Assembly: GCF_000315625.1 (NCBI RefSeq)
Contig: NW_005434643.1
Location: forward strand, 526,812 to 590,811
DNA length: 64,000 bases
Direction: 5' to 3'
DNA from: Guillardia theta CCMP2712
Taxonomy: Eukaryota > Protista > Cryptophyta
Part shown: positions 12,090 to 23,261 of the stretch, piece by piece
Layout: every line of letters begins with the position of its first letter
Position numbering within the stretch: position 1 is the stretch's first letter
Notes under the pieces: model-generated
What the model was told of the DNA's origin: nothing
The model's input: only the letters and a program-made list of their open reading frames with translations
The model's database searches: none
Translations under genes and position numbers: made by a program

Positions 12090-13390
12090 CTCCTACCCCC
12101 CCACCCCCCCACCCTTTTCTCCGGTTCAAGTTTGCCCCTATTCTGTAATTAAGCAACACCGCGTGCGGTCACCCCCCTTCAAAAGGGTACCTTCAATTCT
12201 TTTTTTGGGGACCCCTCCTTGTCGTTCCTAAAGATATAATAACCGACCCTCTATGTCGTTTACAACATACAGCCCACCCCTCCACTCCAGCTTTACTATG
12301 CCTTACGACCTCCTCTGTACCGATGTCCTAGCGAGTAACCACCCCTCAACCGCCCTACCGTACTCAATTCTTGACTACCCCCGTTGCCCAGCAGACATGG
12401 ACGGTCACGGATGAAAAATAGTTGTTGGTGACCCGAAGAGGTCGATCATGTTTTTTTTTAATAGACCGGTGGTTGGCAGGAAAAATTGATGAGAGATAAG
12501 GTAGGGTGGGTACAACAAAGTTTGCTTCTTACAAACCGGAGGCTCTTCTCTCCCACCCACCCCCAACTCTGGTGGACCGCATGGACGAGAAGAAGGAGGT
12601 AGGGTAGGAACATGCCACCCCCTTGGATGCCGACCCCGTCACTGTCCCTTCCCCCCCGAACCATTATTTAGACCACCCCCTTGATAACTATTTCGTACCA
12701 CCCTCTCACTCCCTGTACCCCTGTTTTTCACTGGTATTGTACCCCTTTTTACCTGAACTCAGGTTCTGTTCTGACTGCCACCCTACTGCATAGACTCTGA
12801 CCAGTTGAAATCTGACCCCGTGCAACCCTCAATTGAGCCCACCCCACCCCCAGTGCATTTTCTGTCACCAACCCCACCCCCTCTGGAGAGCACCCACCCC
12901 ATGGGGGTCATTGTAGGTGTTCACTGCTAGGTCAAAAAGCCTTTATTAAACTACTAGTGATCGGTTAGCACCTCAACCGTACCCCCTTTACCACTACCCC
13001 TCCTTTAAACCCCTTTTGTGTTGTCGTTCCTGGGGTTCAATTTTTACCCCCACCTACCTTTAATGATCAGAGACCCTTCTGTGTTTTTTGACCTACGTCT
13101 CCCGATTGCATTTTGACCACCCACCCCTTTCTACTGAATGATAACCCCCACCCCCACCCCAAAAACATGATTGATGTCACCATACTACCCACCACCAGGA
13201 TATCCACAGTATATTCGTACTTTGCCACCCTCAAACCAAAAATTAACCCGCAGAAAGACAGGGGTCCACACCATCGGTTTCATGACCCTACCCCCAGATT
13301 TGACCTAGATTATAAACAAACTACCCGACCCCACCCCAAGGTATTAACTCGCCTCCTTCCCTACCCCACCCATGACCTCACCCCACCCTC
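12090..13390 (+). other. Strand-skewed ACCC/TACCC tract upstream of Cdc14
   Basis: Dozens of (T/C)ACCC(C) words on the + strand with few G runs. Confidence 0.65.
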
Positions 13391-13457
13391 AGGTCTGGTA
13401 CGCCTGCAGCTCCTCCTGAAGTTTCAATTCATCTACTGCTCGTCGGAGCTGCCCGGG

Positions 13458-15392
13458 ATGGTTCCTATTCCTTCCCCCCTCCCCGCACGAGCTCCTTCTT
13501 CCCTTCTACAGTCCACGCATCTCTTATCCTCTCCTTACAACTCCGAAACTCTCCATCTCTCCTCGCCTTCCAGCTTGCATCTACCAACACCTTCATCGAA
13601 TCCTAGTCGCATTGTGTCTGCCCGCACAATTCATTCGCTGCCATCGTTCTCCTCCTCCTCCTCCTCCTCCTCCTCCTCCTCCTCCTCTGAATCATCTTCG
13701 TCATCTAGCAGCGCCAACTCCTTGGGCATGCGAATGCGGTCGGATCTGGAATTTCCATTTTCTTCAACTGAGTCCTTGGAACTACCGGAATGGCAATCAA
13801 AGATTGATCTGACGTTGCTGAATACAGACCATACTTTGACTGGCGATAAGAAAGTCTTGAAACGAATCTCGTCAAGCCGAAGGCCGGCAGAGAACGAGAA
13901 ATCCTTACGATTGCGCGGAACCAACTCCAAGTTCGTCCTGGGGGATGGCAAGCTTGACTCCAAGGGAAGGATCGTGATTCTCAAGGACAAGCTCTATATG
14001 CGCGCCTTGGACAATGGAAGAGGAATGCCACCTAGCAATGATGAGATCCGCGTGAGACTCAGTAAGAACCTGCAGTATGTTCCCTTCTGTGCAGATTTTG
14101 GGCCGAACAACCTCGGAGTTGTTTTGCACTTCTGTTCTTCCATTAAGCAACTGCTGCAAAAGCAGACCAACAAGAAGAGTGAGATCGTCTTTGTGTACAA
14201 CCCACAGCTGGAAGACTTCACCAACTCCATCTTTCTGCTCGGATCCTTCCTCTGCCTCTACCTCGATGCGACAGCAGACGAGGCATGGGAACCTTTCCAT
14301 CAGATCAAGAACGGCAGGTTCTTAGACTACAGGGATGCGACATGGGTCAAGAGCACCTTTGACCTTCACATTCAAGACTGCTGGGAGGGGCTGGTCCATG
14401 CAGTTCGGCATAACCTTCTGGCGGTGGACGACTTCGATGTGAGGGAGTACTTCTACTATGACAACCCTCAGAACGGCGATCTGCACGAGGTGAGCTGCGA
14501 CGCTTTCTTCGCCACCGCGCGTTCTTATGCGTTTCATCAGGTTGTGCGGGGTAAGTTCATCGCTTTCAAAGGCCCTCGAGATGACTGCCAGAAACAAGAT
14601 TTCTCCGTCCACCCCACGACCTACATTGATGTATTCAAATCCAAGGGAGTGAAGGCTGTGATCCGTCTCAACATCGAGGAGTACGACAAGCGCACCTTTG
14701 TGAAAGCCGGCATCGCCCATCACGATCTCTTTTTTGTGGACTGCACAACTCCGTCGGATGACATCGTCCACAAGTTCCTCACGATTGCCGAGGATCCCTC
14801 GAGTGGGGTTGTCGCAGTGCACTGCAAGGCTGGTCTGGGCCGCACGGGCACGCTCATTGCCCTCTACCTCATGAAGCATTACTTGTTCACCGCCCGTCAG
14901 GCTATCGCGTGGGTTCGCATCTGCAGGCCGGGAAGCATCATCGGGCCGCAGCAGCACTACCTGGTGCAGCAGGAGAAGAGGATGCATCAGCTGGGGAAGT
15001 CTGGTGTGCAGGGCCTTGGGATCACCGTCTCTGACGAGTCGAAGCAGCAGGACCTGAGCACTGCAGACGAGCTGGCAGAAATGATCACCACGGGAATGAA
15101 TCATCGGGATGGAAGAAGAATGCTGTCGGCGGGCCAGAGCAGCAGGGATGGGAAGCGAACGCTCTCCAAGTCTGTCTCCTTCAATTTCAATACCTCGCGT
15201 GACGTTAGCAATGTTGAGATCATGGGATCTAATCAAGTTTCGTCCCTGGCAAGACTGAGTTTGAGGAAAGTTACCTCGGATCCCGGCTTGCCTGCAAGCA
15301 TCAGAGGCAGCAACATCGGGTCATTCGGAGATTCGAAGGAGAGAAAAATGAAAGACACCTTGAGATTGAGCTCAAGAAAAGGGAGATTGTAG
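13458..15392 (+). CDS. CDC14: Cdc14 dual-specificity phosphatase, paralog A
   Basis: YVPFCADFGPNNL, YRDA, NGDLHE/VVRGKFIAFKGP, VIRLN, HHDLFFVDCTTP, VAVHCKAGLGRTGTLI, RICRPGSIIGPQQ. Likely ATG at 13458; in-frame 51-nt GT-AG intron at 14490-14540. Confidence 0.93.
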   Translation: MVPIPSPLPARAPSSLLQSTHLLSSPYNSETLHLSSPSSLHLPTPSSNPSRIVSARTIHSLPSFSSSSSSSSSSSSSESSSSSSSANSLGMRMRSDLEFPFSSTESLELPEWQSKIDLTLLNTDHTLTGDKKVLKRISSSRRPAENEKSLRLRGTNSKFVLGDGKLDSKGRIVILKDKLYMRALDNGRGMPPSNDEIRVRLSKNLQYVPFCADFGPNNLGVVLHFCSSIKQLLQKQTNKKSEIVFVYNPQLEDFTNSIFLLGSFLCLYLDATADEAWEPFHQIKNGRFLDYRDATWVKSTFDLHIQDCWEGLVHAVRHNLLAVDDFDVREYFYYDNPQNGDLHEVSCDAFFATARSYAFHQVVRGKFIAFKGPRDDCQKQDFSVHPTTYIDVFKSKGVKAVIRLNIEEYDKRTFVKAGIAHHDLFFVDCTTPSDDIVHKFLTIAEDPSSGVVAVHCKAGLGRTGTLIALYLMKHYLFTARQAIAWVRICRPGSIIGPQQHYLVQQEKRMHQLGKSGVQGLGITVSDESKQQDLSTADELAEMITTGMNHRDGRRMLSAGQSSRDGKRTLSKSVSFNFNTSRDVSNVEIMGSNQVSSLARLSLRKVTSDPGLPASIRGSNIGSFGDSKERKMKDTLRLSSRKGRL

Positions 15393-15586
15393 CAATTTTC
15401 GAGGACAACTTGTAATATTTCTGTAAACTAGAATTGTGTAGAACATCGACAAAAAATATCAAACAAATCAAGATCAAACAAAGTTGGACCTAACCAAAAC
15501 ACGAATCGAAGTAACCACACATCTAATAGTTGCATAGGGCGCGCGCCCTTCTAACAACCGTCACATAGAGATAGTTCCCTCTGGGC

Positions 15587-16850
15587 TCAACGATTCCTCT
15601 TGCTCTGAACATCTTTGATCTTCGAGGGCAGTAGGCAGGGAGTTGCTGCTGTGCGTGCGCAACGAGGCGACATACTGTGAGAGAGACCTTCTCCTCTCCT
15701 GCTCCTGCTCATCCGAAATCTCAGCCTTTGGGCCTCTGGAGATGGTGGGAGATTGACTATCCTCCTGTTCTCGCCTCTCCGTAGCAGGGTCGTTGGATTG
15801 GTAGCAGTTGCAGGCCTTGACAAAGTTCTCTGGATTGAGATCTGAAGAGATGTCTTCGACCAGTTTCCTGCCGCAATCACGTCAGTCAACCAGGTCGAGG
15901 CAACTCCAGAGTGGTCACTTCAGCATGTCGCTGTGCTTCAGGTCCTCCTTACGTCTCTGTGCCTTCTCCAGCCTCTCTGCTTCCTGCTTACGAGTTGATC
16001 TCACGTTGCGCAGTGAGTCCTGCTGCATGGCCGAATGCCTTCGGCTTCCTGGATAGAAAAGCGCTCACCAGCTTGCTAGCATCATACATGTCTGAACCTG
16101 ACGGTTCGTCTCTGAGACGAGCAGACAGCAACTGATCTGAAGCATCTTGCCGCTCATTCACTTGCCCCATCCCTGCTCAAAAGTAAGGTTTCAAGAAATT
16201 CGTGTGGCGCTTTCGTTGAATGCGTAGCAGCGTAGGAGGAGATTGAGTTGGGACATGATCAGAAAAACAGGGGAGGAATCTCAGTTTTGTCATGATGGAT
16301 CTCACAACTTGAGAAACGATGCTGTACTTTCTACATGCAAGTGATAGATGTTGAACACATAACCGCAACAAAGCTAAAATCATTGACACTTTCCAACTCT
16401 TCCACGTAGATGACTGCACCGAGAGAATGACGAAACAACGAGGATACTCTCCTTTCACTTTTTTGCTTATTGTCTGAAAGTGGAGATGTGTACACATTCA
16501 TAAGCTCAACCATGCTACTCAAAACATCTGCTCGGTCAAGAACGAAGGGCACAGAAGCCAAACATCTATTTGCGTCTTGATCAAGTATTGTCTAAGGATT
16601 CAATACAACAAGAAAGCTTCTATCAAGTGCCGCAGCTGGGGAATGAGAGCTGGAATGGAAAAGAAGGAGGGCAGTACAAAACAAAGGGCAAGGACCAGGT
16701 GAGAGGAAAAACAAGGCTGCAGAAGTGAGGGATGCGCCGTATGCTTCACTCTCAGAATTGGAATAAGACAACAACAGCTCTGCTGCTCGACGGCACTCCT
16801 TCCCGCCGCTACATCTTGTCAGCCATGGAACATGTTCCATTCTGAGAGAG
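15587..16850 (-). CDS. Hypothetical spliced protein
   Basis: Chain of minus-strand ORFs (16331-16561, 15988-16170 and others) with a charged coiled-coil-like stretch RKQEAERLEKAQRRKEDLK. No family recognised. Confidence 0.3.
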
Positions 16851-17039
16851 TACGGTCGGATGAGGCGGCTACCAGTAGTGGTCCCTAGCGGCACCGGGGC
16901 AGATTCTGCACCCTAGATGACCACCCCCAGTCTCATTTAGACTGATAAGTAAATTATACTATCCATGTCGTCTGATAACTGAACTTGTTTGTACCGGCGA
17001 TTGTCAGGTGATTCAAGTTTTAAAATCGCCATGAATTCT

Positions 17040-17680
17040 ACACTGACAGCTGAGACCCCCTCCGGCCCGAGGCGACGCCGGGGCCGGAACCAGGGGGTAC
17101 CCCCCGGCTCAGGCGCGGAACTCCCGGAGGGGGTCACGTGGGCCACCGTCCGAGGCTGCGGCAGTGCGACCTTGACAGTGTCGACCGTACGGTCGGACGG
17201 TCCCCGGCCCGAACTTCGGAACCGTGTCACTGCCACGAGTTCAAACTTCGTCGGCAACCTGCTGACTCGGACGGACGGCACGGTTCCGGCGGCGCCGGGC
17301 CCGGCCCGGCCGGGCCGCGGGCGCCGCCACCGGCGGGCCGCGGACGGAGGCTCACGGCCGTCACTGACTCCCGGCGCACCGTCTGTGCCCGGGCCGGCGG
17401 CCCACCGTCTATCATAGTATGGCGGGCACTGCGGCACCGGCAGTGACCGCGCGCCCCGCCGGCCCGCCCGGCCCGGGTCCGATCTGGGTGTGAGCCGCCG
17501 GACGCCGGGTACCGGGTACCGTACCGTACCGTACCGTGTGACCGCCTCGCCGTAGCAGGAACCTGGCGCGTTTCCGAGCAAGGGCCGTCGCGGGCCCGGC
17601 CCCGGTCGCGTGGCAGGCGGCGGCGCCGGCCGCGCCGGCCGCGCGGCCCCTTACTACGTGACAGTGACGCGCCATAGCGT
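17040..17680. other. GC/palindrome-rich intergenic island 2
   Basis: CCGGGCCCGGCCCGGCCGGGCC runs, a (GTACC)n tract at ~17508-17536, CAGTGAC/GTCACTG words. Confidence 0.75.
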
Positions 17681-18389
17681 TGCCTTTCTCAATTGACCTT
17701 GGAGCTCTAAAACGTTTCGCGGTGAGGGTGGTAGATTCAAATCCACGCATACCACGCCTCATGTGGGGGCGGGGTGGGTCTTCCGACCGTGTTCCGAATT
17801 CAAATCACGAAGAGCCAAGCAGGACTTTTTCAGGGGTAGGGTCTTCTTGAGTACAATTTCTTGGTACCAGTTAGTACAGTCCGAACCATGTGACTTTGGT
17901 ACTCTTTTGGTACCATTCGGGGTTCTCCCCTATGTATTGTACACATCCGGTACAAGTATAACCCCACTCCCATGAAAAATCTTCAAGCATGCTGGTGATT
18001 GCTTCATCCCTTGAACCTGGGGCCTGTCCGATCAAATCATATGGGCATACATAAGAAAACTGCAAGCCTGTATGTGGGGTCGGCCTGAACCATCTTAAAT
18101 TCAAATGAGAGGGGGTGATGGAGGCGGGACTCCTTCGGATCCGAGAACCCCTCCGTTTGAGTCATTTTGGGTGGTGGGGTGGGTATGGAGCACCCTCAAC
18201 TACCCACCTTTGAAAGAGTTTGAAACTCTACAATAGGGGGTGGGGGTAACACCCATTTCTCATTCCCCAAGCCCCCTCTCCCTGGACGAGCAAGAAGCGA
18301 TGAAATGGTGCCTTCCTGACTCACCAGGATGAACTTTGATATTGAGAGACTTCGAATCCAACCCAACTGAGATAGAAATGAGATGAAGA

Positions 18390-20150
18390 TCTCATATCAT
18401 ACCTGTAAGAGATGATCGAGCTTCTTTCTCAACTCTACAGGTTGGGCCAAGGTTTGAATCATCCATCCTGCAATGGAATATGCACCCTAGGTTCAAACAA
18501 TCCGCGGGTGTACTTGCAAATATTCTTCGAAGACAAGATGAAATTTTTATGATCAGGTAAGGAATTGATAATCGATACACCATTGAACAGAATCAACTCT
18601 GATTGACCCTTTATTCAAATTGCCGTAGGTTGCACGTTGCGCTCAAATGCATGACTGTGATTTGTGAGAAATTTGTATCCAGCTGTACCTTGAGCGACTT
18701 TTCTGTCTAGATATGTGTTCTCATGCCATCACTTGCTTTCAATTCTTCTAGTCTTACAGTCAGGATTCATGCACTTCACCTTTCTATGGAGGCAAGTCTT
18801 ACATGCACTCAACCGTTCAACGATACATGAAGAGACGTTTGCACAGAAGATGACTGTTCCTGCCCGCATAGATGACTGTAGAGAACCGTTGTTGATCATG
18901 AATCACTATATCTATGATCATATTTCGATGATTTTTCCGTTTCGCTTCAAATTTTTCCTCTGTCATGATATTTTCACAAGGATTTCGATTGCACAGAAAC
19001 CTAGTCAGAAATGAAGCAATGTGCAGATGATGCCTTTGCGTATCAATAAATGAGACGTTCATCGGATCAATCCTGTCTTGGTGTCGCAATGCTACCGTGC
19101 AACTGTAGTGTTCTTGTCGCATGGCTCTACAGAGGAGTGCCTTGTTCAACAGAGCAAGCACTCGATGATTGCAATCGAGTCGCAAACACTGTGAATCAAC
19201 AAACAGAATTGCACATTCAGGTTATCATATCTTTATTAGAAGAGTTACAATCAGGGTACAAGCACAACCGACCTCCCTGTAATCCTGAAGACGTTCCATC
19301 TTTTGCCTGGCGAGGGTGTATCTGCGTTAACCAAGAAGCATGTGACATGTGGCCACATCTTGAATGCTCTACGGTCAGGAATATCAACATCTTCAAAACG
19401 GCTCTCTTGTTTGCTGTGACATCAACTGCTTGGTAGCGGCTCATCCGATGAACAGAATCTGATGCAAGTTCACACCAGTAATATTTACATGATGCATCAG
19501 TCAGTGTGATGAAATTGGTGATTTGCAAAATGTTTCATCGTTCCAACACATCCTTAAGAATTGGATGAAGAATCCTTCACGAACCACGGGACTTACTTGT
19601 CATCATTCGATTGTACTGAGGATCATCTTTGTTTCAAGCATCGAGCTGCTCCGACCGTGACTGCTAAAATGCGCTGTATCTGTTCATTTAGAACTTTCCG
19701 TTGAGCTTTTCCTTCAGTTTTGCATGTTCTTCCATGCAGTGAGATGACCATGTCAATATTTTGCCTAGACCTGATCGACTCCCGAGTCCTGAACTTATCT
19801 TTGTTTGTGCCCATTTCATGTCACAACCTTTTCACATCGGGACAGTTCTGCGATGTGTCGAAACCCCCTTCGTATGCAGCCATTGTCTCGAGAGTTTTGT
19901 ATGCTGGGCGGCTTACTGGTACGTCTACGTACTCCTGGATACCGGTTTGTAATATTGGTTGGGCACTTGCCAAAGTCTTCACCCGTTCATCAATCTCATA
20001 CAAGTTGCCAAAGGCTGCAAATCATTCCAACCTGCATCAAGAACACGTCATTTGGATCTCTTTCCGTGATAATTTCGATGAAAAAAAGAGATAATGCTCA
20101 CCTGACTTGTCTTGCTCTGTCAAACGCTGCACATCCTCATATCTGTACGG
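18390..20150 (-). mobile_element. Heavily decayed Ty1/Copia-like gag-pol remnant
   Basis: AT-rich region with many stops and frameshifts. Fragments in Copia order on the minus strand: zinc-knuckle-like GCIRRGFRH/SQNCP (~19840-19885), integrase-like NFITLTDASCKYYW (~19475-19520) and MWPHVTCFLVN, then RT-like KVAQG (~18690) and VYRL...FASTPADCL...FHCRMDD (18455-18583). Confidence 0.45.
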
Positions 20151-20301
20151 CTTCGCAGAGTTCACAGTGGCGGGAAACTTTCAACTTTGATATTTTTTAT
20201 TTTGATATTTGATATCGTATTGGCGATGCATCATGATTGAGCTTCGGAGGGCCAGCCACGCCTGTGAAGGCCATAATGGCCATCAAAGCTGACTTGCGAT
20301 G

Positions 20302-20887
20302 GGAGCGTGACACACAAAGATTTCAGGCCGCAGGAGCGTGACACACAATGATTTCAGGCCGAACACCTCCTCAATTTTCAAGTTGTTCCATGTAGGTTGG
20401 ACTTGCTCCAAACTATATGGAACAACTTGAAACTTGGAGGAGCGTGACACACAATGATTTCAGGCCGGAGGAGCGTGACACACAATGATTTCAGGCCGAA
20501 CACCTCCTCAATTTTCAAGTTGTTCCATGTAGGTTGGACTTGCTCCAAACTATATGGAACAACTTGAAACTTGGAGGAGCGTGACACACAATGATTTCAG
20601 GCCGGAGGAGCGTGACACACAATGATTTCAGGCCGAACACCTCCTCAATTTTCAAGTTGTTCCATGTAGGTTGGACTTGCTCCAAACTATATGGAACAAC
20701 TTGAAACTTGGAGGAGCGTGACACACAATGATTTCAGGCCGGAGGAGCGTGACACACAATGATTTCAGGCCGAACACCTCCTCAATTTTCAAGTTGTTCC
20801 ATGTAGGTTGGACTTGCTCCAAACTATATGGAACAACTTGAAACTTGGAGGAGCGTGACACACAATGATTTCAGGCCGAACACCCCC
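20302..20887. repeat. 137-bp tandem repeat, about 4.3 units, each with two 30-bp sub-repeats and a 25-bp-stem hairpin
   Basis: Identical ORF translations at 137-bp offsets (20378, 20515, 20652). Hairpins at 20377-20431, 20514-20568, 20651-20705 and 20788-20842. Confidence 0.95.
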
Positions 20888-21053
20888 GGCCCCTAATCGA
20901 ATCAACCTCCACCTCACTGGCCAGACTCTATTTAACCCAAGATCCACCAAACACTATCTCTCAGTACACCTGAGATCCTTACCCCAACCTTATTCACATC
21001 AATCGGATACACAGCTGTGCAGTCTCTAACACTACGGTGACCTTCACTGATGA

Positions 21054-21361
21054 TGATAGAACTCTCAGAAGAACCACACTGGCAACACCACCAACACTTC
21101 CTTTATTCACAGCAGTCACCTCCCCTTCACGGTCCCTCCAGTGACCAAGTACAATGCACAGCGCCCTGGACACGTGTCCTCCTCACCCCCTTTTCACTGC
21201 CAGACTCTCAGGCTCGTCGATTCCTTAATTCCAGACCTATGTCAAAGCCCACTTCCATCTGAGTCGCTGAGCTTCGTCTACCGATGAGACTCTGACTCAG
21301 TGACGCAATACCAGTGAACTTCTCGCCGTCTCCAAGAACTTATCGGCGGCGAGTTCTTACA
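21054..21361 (-). mobile_element. LTR (308 bp) with upstream polypurine tract
   Basis: Minus strand starts TGTAAGAACTC and ends GAGTTCTATCA (TG...CA, 9/11 terminal inverted repeat), contains AATAAA (~21102-21107) and is immediately preceded by GAAAATTGAGGGGG. Confidence 0.65.
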
Positions 21362-21467
21362 CCCCCTCAATTTTCAAGTTGTTCCATGTAGGTTGGACTT
21401 GCTTGCGCGGCAGTGACACACAAAGATTTCAGGCCGAACACCCCCTCAATTTTCAAGTTGTTCCACA
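21362..21467. repeat. Two partial copies of the 137-bp unit (left hairpin arm only)
   Basis: CCCCCTCAATTTTCAAGTTGTTCCA twice, with GTGACACACAAAGATTTCAGGCCGAACA between them. Confidence 0.85.
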
Positions 21468-21589
21468 GTGAAATATTTTTTGTGGCCCTCAGAATCATTT
21501 CGGGCGCACTGAAGTGTTCCAAGTTCCGACTGAAGCCTGGCATGCCATGAGTTATGTTATGTTGACCTCCGACTGTTCAAGTTGTGTCT

Positions 21590-22140
21590 GCCACCGTGAC
21601 TAAGGCTACCGTAGTACCGGCCGGGGGCCGCCCCGCCGCGGGCCGGCGCTGGCAAGCAGGCACCGTGACGGTTCCAAGGCCGAGTCACCGTGAGTCAGCG
21701 CCGGGCTGGCGCGGCCACTGCCGGGCACTCAGCCGCTGAGTGACTGCCAGGCTCGGGCTCCGCCCGGCCGCCGCCGCCGGCCGGCCCGGGCCGGCGGAGG
21801 CTCGGCTCAGTGAGACGGTCACGGGTGACCGTCGGCACTGCTGATTAATGCCGGGATCAGCATGCCAGCCATGCGGCCAGTCCGATCAGATAGCCCCGCT
21901 GAGTTAATTGAACACAGGCTGAAAACTCAAGGTCCGACCGCCGCCCGGCCGGGCGAGCCGGACTCTCCGCCGGACCTCTGAGCGGCTTCAAGGCTACCGT
22001 AGCCGGTGAGTCAACCGTTGAACGGTGAGAGTCAAGTTCCGAGCCAGGCGGCGGCCCCACGCGGCGGCAATGGCATGATGCCCGGCGGTACCGGGCCGTA
22101 CCCGGTCCGCCGTGTCATCGGAACAGCGGCGGCGTTGCAA
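21590..22140. other. GC/palindrome-rich intergenic island 3
   Basis: CCGGCCGGCCCGGGCCGG, TGAGTC, GGTACCGGG and CAGTGA words; no credible ORF. Confidence 0.75.
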
Positions 22141-22309
22141 CTGAATGATGTCGGATGCTTGAGTTTCATATTCTAGCATACAGTCGGGAGTCTCTCATCA
22201 TCACGGTGCAGTGCTGGGCCTCAATTCTCAGTGGTTTCGTGTCACAGTGTGCATTACTTAGTTAAACTCGGTCTTGAGCAAGAACTGTCTTATACATTAT
22301 ACATTTATT

Positions 22310-23261
22310 ATACAACGAGACGTGAAATTGAATAACTTCCTCTATGACAGAAGGAATAAGAAGTACTTGCTTGTGGACTTTGGGCTGGCAGAGAAACAAA
22401 TGCAGTCATCAGGCCGCAGTATCGGCAACATCTTGCCCTGTGAGGTTTCTACGGCCAGCTCTCGCTCCTCGCGGAATCAAAAGGAGCAGGAGAAGCTAGA
22501 GATGGCGCAGCAGATGGCGAAGAGGCGGATCATGTTGGGCGTCAGCAAGACGAACGCATCGGTGACAGTGAGGAACTCAGGGGTCAAATTCGAACGTCCA
22601 GTCAACCGCGCGGGAACTCGGGGATACCGAGCGCCCGAAGTGCTCATGGGCATGCAGTGCCAGACCACAGCAGTGGACGTGTGGGCTGCTGGGGTAGTAC
22701 TGCTTACCCTGCTGTGCCGCACGACACAGTTCCAATGGTTCCAGCATAACGACATAGTCACGGCAACGATGGAGATCTCTTTGTGTACCTTGGAAGTGCG
22801 CTTGTCTGACTGTCTGAGCAGCTTGCGCATGTACATCAAGAGCATGGATGCTGTGTGGAAGCACAACTATGGGTATACGGGTCAGTACAGAGATAAGATC
22901 AGAGATGTTATCGAAGATTTCAAGCTCGACGTTAAGGTAAAATTGTTGTCGTCGGCGTTGTTGTATCAAGAGGATGAGGATGAGGGTGATATGGAGGAGG
23001 GAGGCCTGAGGTTGCTAACTTGATGTCATTCAGATTCCACCATTGGAACTGCATCTCAGCTATGCCCGCGGTTTCAAGCAAACATGGCGGACCTTGTCAA
23101 GCTCCCTGGGCGCGCATGCGGGATGCAAGGACTGGCTGGAGGTGGATGAGAAACATGCGATCTGGGACTTCCTCAACTGCTGCCTCGACATCGATCCCCG
23201 CACGAGGATTACGGCACTGGAGGCTCTGAAGCATCCCTTCCTCATTAGTGCTGTCAAGTAA
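22310..23261 (+). pseudogene. CDC7: Cdc7-like kinase, C-lobe only (5'-truncated, or upstream exons not identifiable)
   Basis: QRDVKLNNFLYDRRNKKYLLVDFGLA, a long insert, RAGTRGYRAPEVL, DVWAAGV; intron 22937-23033 to the final exon CLDIDPRTRITALEALKHPFL. No GxGxxG/VAIK exon found upstream. Confidence 0.7.

Noticed and set aside
13113-13457. N-terminal extension of the 759-aa Cdc14 ORF
   Set aside because: It translates the ACCC tract (Pro/Thr/His-rich) from a non-ATG start; the ATG at 13458 is more plausible.
16937-17762. Arg/Pro/Gly/Ala-rich ORFs in this and the other GC islands
   Set aside because: Open on several frames and both strands because stops are rare at high GC; no domain signal.
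20378-20861. Three identical 69-aa ORFs
   Set aside because: By-product of the 137-bp DNA repeat; non-ATG starts and overlapping frames.
20302-20887. CRISPR array
   Set aside because: The intervening sequences are identical rather than unique spacers, there are no cas genes, and the context is eukaryotic.
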